DNA from: Camelus dromedarius | Taxonomy: Eukaryota | NCBI RefSeq assembly: GCF_036321535.1 | Contig: NC_087437.1 | Span: forward strand, 80,230,001 to 80,294,000 | Direction: 5' to 3' | DNA: 64,000 nucleotides | Shown here: positions 54,537-64,000 of the stretch, piece by piece | How positions within the stretch are numbered: the stretch's first letter is position 1 | Layout: each line of letters opens with the position of its first letter | The notes under the pieces: generated by a model | Told to the model about the DNA's origin: nothing | The model's database searches: none | Seen by the model: the letters and a program-made list of their open reading frames with translations, nothing else | Program-made: the position numbers and the translations under genes

Positions 54537-56024
54537 AATACTTTCTACTTTTAAACCTGAAGTATTTGTACATCTGGGAATATATGATGGTAGCCAGAGA
54601 TTCCCAAAGCCTCACTGTAAACATAATGCATCTTTCAAGTGCATTGATTTTATTTGATTTTTTTAAAGGAACATATCATCATTTAGAAAACAAAATACAA
54701 ATAAATTTTTAAAATAAAATAACAAAGAAATGTCATGTGTGCCATGAGGTTCTTCTAAATTGGCCTCCAGGCCTCACCAGTGCCCAAGAAATACGAATTC
54801 ATACCATTTTAGTGGAAGAGTTAGAGAAACACTGATTCACTATGTGCCAAGAACTACATCTCTGCAAGGGGGGATACATGGATGAATAATGGCCTGGTTG
54901 TACCTTCAAAGAGCTTACAGTTCAGAGGGATGACAGGCACAGCTCCCTTACAGCTGAGAAACACTGCTCTCTGATGGAGGATGAACATGGTTAACTTCCT
55001 ACACCAAGACAAGCATGGATTTCTTTCCTAGCTGTGGAAATAACTGCCATCCAGCAATACCATGCCAATCCTGGGAATGCGATTTCATAAATGCCCTAAA
55101 TAGGTAGCAGCACCCAGGAACTTCTCTCCAGTGCGGAATTGCATGGTTGACCTTAAATGATATCTCTCAAGGGAAGATGCTTTAAGCTAAAGCTTGTTTT
55201 ATTCATGAAAAGTCCATTCTTCATAGGTGAAATGGAAACAAACAGATACTCTGGTTAATTTCCTTTTTATGTTTCCCTTTTTGAAGTACATTTATGGTCA
55301 CAGAGTATGTGCAGAGAGAAAGAAGAAAAACAACTAACTTCCATTGTTGAAGAACTTGACACATTTTGTGTATCAATATGAACAACAAAACCAGAGAGAG
55401 TGAGTCAGGGTGGAGTGAGCATGTGAACAGGAGAAATGTTAAACATGTAAAAATAATACATCTTGAAAACTATGGAATGTCCTAGAAACTAAGGCATTTC
55501 TATTCCTACATTCACAAAACCAATAAACTGAAACTAGTCATACAGAGACATGTATTCTGCATGTCAGCCCACTTCACTCCAGCATGAAGGCAAACTCACT
55601 CACTAGCTAGAAACATCTCCATCCTTGAGGTGTCTGTCATTGCACTACCCCTGACACGGGTACATATTGCCGCAAGACTCCTTCAGTGGGCAGTCATTGC
55701 TGTCCCCTCCCCACTAAGCTACTCTGATAAACGCTTTCCAAATGATAGCAAAATTGAGAACAAGAAACTAGTATCCACATAGAGTCTTAGGTTGCCAATG
55801 GCTCAAACAGTCCATTTTCAAACTCATTTATTCATTCTTTTGTTTATTTATTCAACAAGCAGTTACTAGGCTTCCATGATGTGTCAAGTACTGTGTTCTG
55901 TGAGTCCATCCCTAGCTGACTCCACTACAGTTCATTCATTCTTCCTGAAAACTCTTCCTCACAATGCCCTTCAGATAGCGATCTTCAGCACCACAGCTGA
56001 TGGGGAGAAACCAAGGAAACTCAC

Positions 56025-56162
56025 TATTTGACTTGCAGACCCAGTAGTTCCAGGGCTGGAGCCTGGTCTACAACCCCAGGCCTGGGAGGCTGGCTTGGCA
56101 GGAGAGGGCATCGTGGCCCAAGGCTCTGGGACTAACACATCAGAAGCCCTCTTTCCAGAAAG
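56025..56162 (-). pseudogene. Possible additional exon: LSGKRASDVLVPEPWATMPSPAKPASQAWGCRPGSSPGTTGSASQI
   Basis: Strong donor ATA|gtgagt and open frame, but weak acceptor, and the end phase does not fit the next exon. Confidence 0.3.
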
Positions 56163-57499
56163 CTCTGCTCGTTCAAACCAATAGATGTAATTATAGCTGT
56201 TGCTTAGGTCCATTTACAAAATGCTCCTAGAGCCAGTTTAATAGTGCAAGAGAATCTGGCACATCAAAAATCTAGTCACCATACTTACAAAGTTCAATAG
56301 GAAGGTAAATACACAAAATCTAGAGAACGCATGTGGCATCTCCTTCCTGTATTTGAGGTTTATGTTTTTATTTTAAGTTTTAGGGGACATGAATCTGTTT
56401 TCTCTCAATGTCAAACAAACAGTTCATCTCCAGGAAATCTGCAGAAGTCAGGACGCCCACCTAATTAATAGCACCAGATGGTAAGAAAACACCTACCATA
56501 GGACTTCTCCTTCTAGAAATGGTGCAGAATTATGACTGCATCTATATTTTACTGCTGGTGGGTTTGATTTTGTTTTTAGGTTTTGTTTTTCATTTTTAGT
56601 ATGGGAATCTTTCAAGTTACAAAAGTAAGGCTACAAGTAGTTTGTCTAGTTCTTAAAGATTAAGAACCAAAGAATCAGAGTCCCCAGAAAACTGGGGATT
56701 AACTGCAAGGACACAGTACTTCTTATAAAGAATGGTGCTCCTTCGTGGAGGAATCAGGAGAGTTTGAGTTGTGGAAATTCAGACAGGCAAAGGAGGCCAA
56801 ACCCATCACCCTCCATTTAAGCCCTGCAGTTGTCTTTGTCTCTTTGTCTGTTTGGGGGTCTCAACAGCTGTCTGGGAGAAGGCAGGGTTTGCCTGTTACA
56901 CAGCAATGGTTAAAATGAGGCCAACCACGAAACAACAGATACACAATAGACTACCTCGGCTTCTAGAAAATTGGCAGGCACGACGTCAGGAGTAGCTGGT
57001 TCTCAGAGAGTTGGCAAAGAGATTTTTCACCTAATTTTTCATTTACTCAATAAATATTTAGTTAGCATTTTCTCTGTGCCTGGCATTCTTTTCCAGCTGT
57101 ATTTCTATGAACAAAGGCCTTTTCCTTAAAGAAGCTTACATTCTAGTAGGGAAAATCAGAAAGGAGGAGAAAAAGAAGGAACAACCAGCAGCTTCTGACA
57201 AGAGGCCCCCAAGTTCCCTTCAAAAAGTCCTTTCCAGTCCCGCAGATATCATCGCACCAGCCTCCAGTGTCGTTTTCAGAAAGCCTATCTAATCGGTGAA
57301 GGGCTCAAGCTGGGTTTTTGAGACAAAAAGCCATTTCCCAGTCACATCCCAAAGTTCAAGTTATCATTGGGAGCACACCAGTATAACAGCATTATTAATT
57401 TCTGGGCTTGCTGGGTGGTTTGTCTGCACATCTCCATCACCCAAGTTCGTACAAGTAGAAGTGAACATAAGTGGAAACTGCACAAGCTTTAAAGCTGCA

Positions 57500-57670
57500 C
57501 CTGCTGAGGCACTGGGAAATTGGGTGACCTTGAACAGGTTATTTCATCTGAGCTTAGTCATATGCAAAATGTGGAAAATACCTACTTCATCATTTGAAGA
57601 TAAAATGAGCTAATGTACAGAAAGGGGCAGAGTGTCTGGCACATGGCGGATGCTTTTGAAATGTAGCTAA
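57500..57670 (+). mobile_element. MIR
   Basis: gggtgaccttgaacaggttattt...gtgtctggcacatgg. Confidence 0.65.
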
Positions 57671-57986
57671 TATTAGTTGCTATTATTAGTAATAATAGTA
57701 ATATAATAATATTAATAAAAGCAGCTAATATTATTAATAATAGTAACAATTATTATTAATAGCAACTAATAAAAGCTCCTACTAGGGCTTGTCAGTCCCT
57801 CCTCAACAAACCACCAAATTACTTGCTAAGCAATGCCAAGAGGTAGTGTGGGGCTGGGCTATCACCAGGGAAGTGAGAGGGAGTTATGGAAACCACCCTG
57901 CAGGGGCCATGGGAACACACAGGAATGGGTGTATCCAGACATACCCACAGGAATATCTTTACAGATTTTAATGATTTGCCCAAGAT

Positions 57987-58525
57987 TGTCACCAGCAAAG
58001 CCCATTAACAATTTCCAGGAAATAAACATAGAATCTGGGTAATAAAATAAAGTCTAACCTTTTTTCTCTTTTCCTTTGTGCTTAATCTAGTTTCACTTGC
58101 TCTCAGGGCGTTGCATGCAGAGGCCTTGCACCGGCCCTTCAGACTAGAGTTCCTCCTGTGAAACGGCTGCACTGACACCTCAGTTCGGGGCCATTCCCAG
58201 AAGCGCTGTGCCGGACCCGCAAAATAAGATGGCGGCGGGGAGCCGTGTGCAGAGACGCTGCACCTGGCACTGCGATCTGGCGCCTGAGCAGCACAGCTGC
58301 GCAGCCGCGCGAGAGCTCCGCCCCCTCCCGCTGACGCGGTCCCTGTGAAGCAGGCCTGCCAGGGAGCGCGTGCGTTCTGGAGCTCCGGCTCACACCTCCC
58401 CATTCTCTGTTCAAAGAATAAAGCTTTCCTTTGCTTCTGAACAGAACTCAGTCTCCTTCTATTGGCTCAAAAGACACCAGACAGAAGGACCCTTGTTGAG
58501 GATCAACTTGGGAGGGTCAGTAACA
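57987..58525 (+). mobile_element. Probable ERVL-class solo LTR
   Basis: TGTCAC...GTAACA ends, AATAAA at 58417 followed by gctttcctttgct; no clean TSD. Confidence 0.6.
58100..58400. promoter_or_regulatory. Small CpG island with promoter-type motifs
   Basis: Densest CpG cluster in the window; AAGATGGCGGC (YY1, 58226-58236), CTCCGCCCCC (GC box, 58316-58325), TGACG (58332), GCGCGTGCG (NRF1-like, 58366-58374). Confidence 0.6.
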
Positions 58526-60289
58526 ATTGCGAAACATTGTAAACTCCTCCCCAGAGTGACTGAGAAGCAAGCCCTGGAAGTGTGATTGTAAGCCCTCCTC
58601 TATGGGCTTTCAATTTGTAAAAATACTGTATGCCTTCTCAGAGTGGTATAAGAGTCTTGGCAAGCATGGCTGGGTTAATCTAAAAGGTGTCAAACCATCC
58701 TAGTTGCCTCCCCCGCCCCCCTACTAAAGAATCCCCCTAGTGGTTGACCAATAACTGGGGAATGCTGTAGCTAGACAGCAGCCCGCACTGCTCAGATCAT
58801 CCGGGGTGGGGTGGGGTGGGGTGTGAATGAAAGTGAGCGAAGAGACGAGGAGGGTGAATGAAAGTGTGCCAAGCTTTGGTGTGTGAAAGCATCCAGGCAC
58901 GGCCCTCGAATACGGAAGGTTGTTAGGGGACGTAGAGGAGAATAAGCTGCCTTTCTAAATCCACGTCAGAAGGCAGGGGAAATGCTTCTAGTTCTGTTAA
59001 GGATAAAACAGTCTAAGAGAAAAGCAGCAAAGAAGCAGCAGAATGGCAAGCGGATGAGACGCACTTAGATGAAAGGACTGCAAGGGGCGGGGGGGGGGGG
59101 GGTTCACAGTGAAAGGCTTGTGAGGGAGCTCAGGCTTCCAGGAAGGCAGGAAGAGTCACCAGAGTCTCACCTCTGCTGAGGCTGCAGTGCTGACACTGAG
59201 GTGAAAAGAGAGTGGCCACCGTAGATTTTATAAGAATATGTGAAAATTGCCTAGACTGTAGCAAAACCGTCACTCATGCCTCAGTAGGAAGTACGGATGA
59301 GAACTTGGTCAAGAAATCTCAAGCCCTGCCCACAGAAGTGAAATATCTGGGAAGGAAGGAAGCTCTCCTTTTGCTAAGATGAAGCCTCCAGCCCCAAGGA
59401 ACCATTTGTATTTAAGTTTTTACTACCAAGTCAGGGCAAATGGGCAAATCAGACTCGGTTGCAGCCTGTCAGAGGAAACCCAGAATATGATGACACCTAG
59501 AGTGTAGCCCTGAGCTCCTGGCTTAAGCAGGTGCAAGTCAGAAAAGCAGCCTGATTTCTGCCCCCCTTTCCCTGCCCTTCTGAGCTGGACGGAGCCCGCA
59601 GTGGCTATGGGAGTGCTAGAGGGAAGCGTCTGATTTGTGGAATTGGTGGTGGCTCATGGGATGGCACTGAGGATTCTGGGATTCAGACCAGCCTAGCTAC
59701 GTTTAGAAAACTGAAGAATGTGCTAATAGAGGCCCATTTTTGTGTGTGCCTGAGAAGCCTTTAAGGAGAGAACCCATGTTGAACAGAAAGTGACGCATAA
59801 TGAGCCCCACCAATCACAAAGACAATTTTATGAAGGGATGGATAAGGGGGTGTGAGCCCAACATGGTGGCTGTAACTCTGGTCATTCTCCAGCGGGACTC
59901 ATATTTGAGTCCTGGACAGAGGAGGGAGATTAAAAACCTGAAAAAGAGGTTTAAAATGCAGCAAGACCTCAGCACAGCTTTGAGGCCTCGATCCCAGAGT
60001 ATGGCACAGCAGGGAAAGGGTGTTTTCACCTTGGCCAGAGCTGGACCCACCCCACAGCAGTGGCTTCTCAGAGATTCTGGGATCCCTTAGTGCCTAGAAG
60101 ACACGGAAGGATCCAGCAGTGGTGCCTTTGTAATTGTTAACTAGTCTGTGAGCATATGTGACACAATCCCTGTAGGCAAAAAATATTCAAAGGCACATTA
60201 TAAGGAATTAAGGTGGCGTGAGAACAGAGGGGCAGGGCCAGTGAAATTGTCGTAATTCCGTCATAATGAGACAATATCATGTACTTGTT

Positions 60290-60510
60290 AAGCATGAGGG
60301 CTCAGGAATCAAATGGCCTGGGTTCAAACTCAAGTTCCACCCTAAGCAGCTGTGTGACCCATGCAAACAATTCACTAACATCTCTGGGTCTCAGTTTTCA
60401 CATCTGTAAAGTAGGGATAACAGCAAGACCTAACTCAGAATTGTTGTGAGGATTAAGGAAAAAGCTTGGAAGAGTTTCTGGCATGTAAAAAAGATTCAAC
60501 ACATGTTAGG
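60290..60510 (+). mobile_element. MIR
   Basis: cctgggttcaaactc...tctcagttttcacatctgtaaagtagggataa. Confidence 0.8.
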
Positions 60511-60547
60511 TTTCTGGCTTGTTTCTTTGACTAATATGTGTACCCAC

Positions 60548-60727
60548 TGGCTGGTGATGTGAAAGAAATAATTTCTTCACCAAAACCAGGAAAGATTTCT
60601 ATCACTCGCATCAACTCCACTTCCACAATCAGACTTGAGGGAGCTTCTGGGATCCCTACCAGGGTTCACTGATGCATGTACAGGTACTTCCTGCTCCAAA
60701 AGAAGCTTATAGTAAGATCTATGATCT
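60548..60727 (-). pseudogene. Pseudo-exon, 180 nt: (E)IIDLTISFFWSRKYLYMHQ*TLVGIPEAPSSLIVEVELMRVIEIFPGFGEEIISFTSPA
   Basis: Acceptor cattttag|AG, donor CCA|gtgggt; phase 1>1 matches both neighbours; one TGA, no frameshift. Confidence 0.7.
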
Positions 60728-61186
60728 CTAAAATGTTATTTAAAGTAGGGTTAAATAGAACAAAAGATAAGAACATAAAATGAAACCAAGACAGAGCTAA
60801 AAAAAAAAAAAGAAAAGAAAAGCATGTACACTTGCTAGCTGAGCTGTCAAATAGAGAGGTCAAAGGTTCTCCAAAAGAAAGAACTCTGTTTTTATGTGCC
60901 CTGATCTGGCAGGGATTATGGGACAGGGAAAATTGATATTAATGTTGCCCTTTTTACATTCCAAGTACACAGCGGTGATGGAGCTAAATAAGCTTATAGC
61001 TTCTGTCCCACAACTTGGCCCACATACAAGGCCCTATCAAAATGAGACAGAAGTAAAGAAATGAACTCCAATTCCATTTCTCTGCCTCAGCAGAACTCTA
61101 TGAAACCAGCTTCTTGGACCAACTTACATATGGAAACCTGGGGAGTAAAAGGTAAGCTTAAAGAAGCAATTAGTACGGGTGCTTAC

Positions 61187-61412
61187 CAGAAGAGTCAAAC
61201 ATCTTCATATATCTTAAATACTCTATATCATCTAGGAATGGTTCATCAATTGTTAATAGAAATCATTCTACAAAGCAGATATATTCAAGAATTGTTATTA
61301 GAACAGGTGTAGGTTGCCATGCAAGCAATTTGTCATAGTGGTCAAAGCCAGTTGAAAACCTTGGGATTGGTAAAGCTTGGTAGCAATTTGACAAACATAA
61401 AAAGACATTCCC
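61187..61412 (-). pseudogene. Pseudo-exon, 226 nt: GNVFLCLSNCYQALPIPRFSTGFDHYDKLLAWQPTPVLITILEYICFVE*FLLTIDEPFLDDIEYLRYMKMFDSS
   Basis: Acceptor gtttcag|GGG, donor CTG|gtaagc; 75 codons with one TGA (61265-61263); ends in phase 1. Confidence 0.75.
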
Positions 61413-62716
61413 CTGAAACCTGAACTAGGCAATAATATTTTACAGTTTTAAAGAAAAAAAAGTATTTAAAACATTAAGCTTAATTTGCCAGGAGTATATG
61501 ATCATTTAGGCTCAGGGGTATGGAAGAGTTGGGGGGAGAGGGGCTAGTGAGGAAATACAAACTCTCACTGCGTTTAAATGTAGAATGAGTTTCATGCAGG
61601 CTGCCAATGGATTTGAATTCAAATTCAATTCAAATGCTGTCACAAAGTGACTGGGAAGAGATTTACACAAAAACACTTTGATAACCATACCAGACCCTCT
61701 CTCTCTCAGTCTAGTTAGCCAGACTTTCATCCTCTCGCTCTCCACAAAGAATAAGGGGCAACACAAAGCACATCATCCCTGCTATCACCACCAAGCAGAT
61801 CCTACTCTGAGCTCCTTCATCGCAGTGGCAGCTCCATTCTCAGACTCGGAGCCTGATGCCTGAATCAACTCTGACTCCTCCCTCTGCCTTCTCTTCTTCC
61901 TCCTCTTGTGCATCCAGGCAGCACCACATCCTGTGCCTTCTATCCCAGAGGTGTTTCTTTCATGAGTCTTCTATTTCCTCTCATAACCCTTCACCTGATT
62001 AACTATAATGCCCATCTGAGCGTCCCTGGCTTCTCTTCTACCCTGCACAGGACTCGCATTATGCATTGTGACCACAATGATCTAGAACTCTAGTTTTTTA
62101 AAGAGGCAGGTAAATTTACTTTCCATCTTTCTCACAGCAGAAAGTAGAGCACTTACACGTTGATTTACAAATTTTAAAACCTTGAGTTGTTCGGTGTGAA
62201 ATACAAAATAAGAAATATTAAAAGAAATACAAATAGTGCACATTCCATAACACCCCACTCTTGATCTGCAGCAGCTCAGTGATTTTCATGTCCCTGCATC
62301 TGGATAATCTTATGGAAACCCCAACAAGGTGTCAACACAAGATGAGTAATGGTGTAGTGACTCAGACAGGAATAAGATGTCTCTGAATGAAAGAAAACAC
62401 CATGCTCCAACCACAGGGAACCAGAAACAGGAGTCATCATGAGAGCCAAGAGGCAGCCTTGAAGTAGCACATCTGCCAGCTACCAAAAAATTTCCTAGGT
62501 TGCAACTGAATTAAACTAGTGGCTGTCCTCTGAGTAAAGACTCCAGAAGACTCTAGTGTATAAGGTATGCTACTTACTCTGATCCTTTAAATAAGATTTC
62601 CGTTTAAACATCCCTTTGTGGCAAGAATTTCCTAAGCTTCTGTTTTGCTACATGAGAGGACTATCTACCCATTGAGGGAGGGCCTGTGAATTCACAATAC
62701 TTCTTCAGCTCTTGGG

Positions 62717-63590
62717 ATGTAGCTGTGCTGGCTTCCAATGCTGGTACGTAATGCTGGCTTCCAATCCAACATTCCTTTGTTTCTTCTTGCTTATCAACCC
62801 AATCCACGTATTAGAGGGTATACTAATACTCTTAGATAAAACTTATACAGGTATCCCCCACTTTTCGGAAGTTCACTTTATGCCACTTCGCGTTTACAAA
62901 AGACCTATATTAGCACCTGTCTTCCGTGACCAAAAGAAATTCCAAGGGGATTCTGCTTTTATTAAAAGAGGCAAAAAGTGAAAATGGCATTCAGCGATTG
63001 TTTTGCAGCAGCTGTCACAGAGGCAGAGCACACCCAAGCAGCAAGGGTGGCCAACCAAGCTCCCTCCCCGGAAACTACACTCAGCATCTCAGCATCAAGC
63101 TGCCATACTCTGTGAGCATCTGTGCTTTGTCTCCATTTATTCTGTGCATCCATTAGCAAAAGGTGTCCTAAGGTAGTTTATTTGCTTTACAACATTTTGG
63201 TTTATAAAAACTTCGTAGAAATGCTCTACTTTCAGAAAGTGGGGGAAACCTGTACTTCCCAGCTTTCCTTACAGATAACGGCAGCAGAACATAGTTCTGG
63301 TCAATAAATTGTAAGCTGAAGTCGTTGGGTGGGGCTGCTAGAAAAATCCTTAGAAGATTCAGCTGGCATACATCTTTCTGCTCTTTCCCATTTCTCCTTT
63401 CTCATGTCTGAAATGTAGATACAAGGGCTGGGAAGGCAACTACAGCCATCATCTTGTAACCATGAAAAAAAGGCAAGAGAATCATAAACACTTCAGCCCC
63501 AACAGCCTTAAGCTGTTGAACCAACACCAACAAACATCAATCTCTGAGTTTCTTGTTACATGAGAAAATAAACCACTATTTAGTTAATTA
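62717..63590 (+). mobile_element. Old MaLR LTR (MLT1J/K-like) split by a Tigger
   Basis: ttcccagctttccttacag...agttctggtcaat...tcttgtaaccatga...cttgttacatgagaaaataaacc. Confidence 0.65.
62848..63252 (+). mobile_element. Non-autonomous TcMar-Tigger with TIRs and TA TSD
   Basis: ta-CAGGTATCCCCCACTTTTCGGAAGT ... ACTTTCAGAAAGTGGGGGAAACCTG-ta. Confidence 0.9.
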
Positions 63591-63779
63591 CTAACATTCA
63601 TGTTTACTATTAAATGTACTTGATCAAAAAAATGTAGTTTAAATGGGAAATAACAGAAGTAATTAATATTCTGTACATGATCTATGATTTATCTTTCTTT
63701 TGCTGTACAAGGTATATGTGTGTATGTGTGTGTGTGTGTTGTGGGCTCACATCTACAAGTATGCTATGTTAACCCTTAG

Positions 63780-64000
63780 TTGACGGTGTGTACTGAATGT
63801 TTGTGTCCCCTCAAAATTCTAAGTTGAAGCCCTATCTCCCAGATGTTGGTTTTTGGAGACCAAGCCTTTGGGAGATAATGAGGGTAAGGAGGATACAGAG
63901 TTGGATATGAATCCAGGATATCCAGCTCTAAATCATTAGTTCAATTATCTTGGGCAAAGTTACTTAACTCAGAATCTCAGCTTCCCCTACTATAAAATGG
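63780..64000 (+). mobile_element. MLT1 LTR 5' fragment followed by MIR
   Basis: ctgaatgtttgtgtcccctcaaaattc; ttgggcaaagttacttaac...tataaaatgg. Confidence 0.65.

Larger units (their letters stand above)
2886..61412 (-). pseudogene. Decayed multi-exon pseudogene (about 20 exon remnants), tentatively WDR87/WDR97-like; probably extends beyond the window
   Basis: Minus-strand AG...GT blocks in non-repeat DNA with protein-like translations and scattered stops. Phase chains: 61412-61187 (0>1), 60727-60548 (1>1), 47317-47220 (1>0), 47115-46962 (0>1), 40593 (1); and 26367-26308 (0>0), 26000-25886 (0>1), 18698-18636 (1>1), 18336-18269 (1>0), 17091 (0). Family assignment is from recollection only. Confidence 0.75.

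Noticed and set aside
58005..58414. 132-aa and 91-aa ORFs in the CpG-rich segment
   Set aside because: Expected in GC-rich DNA; no recognisable domain; inside a probable LTR.

Overview
AT-rich, repeat-dense placental mammal DNA, most likely camelid (a tRNA-derived vic-1-like SINE and young L1 3' tails ending ...ccagaaattgacacaacattgtaaac...). There is no intact protein-coding gene, and the supplied ORFs are mostly L1 remnants or chance. Much of the window is interspersed repeat: L1 of several ages, L2, L3/CR1, MIR, Tigger/MER DNA transposons, MaLR and ERV LTRs. The main non-repeat signal is about 20 exon-like blocks on the minus strand from about 61.4 kb down to 2.9 kb. They have AG/GT boundaries and largely compatible intron phases, and they read as protein interrupted by in-frame stops. 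Together they look like a large, decayed, intron-containing pseudogene. From memory, and not from a search, several peptides resemble the post-WD40 region of the WDR87/WDR97 family. A CpG-rich LTR with YY1/Sp1/CRE/NRF1-like motifs lies in one intron (about 58.0-58.5 kb). Several L1 insertions have unusual structures. Repeat subfamily names are recalled from consensus sequences and need RepeatMasker confirmation.
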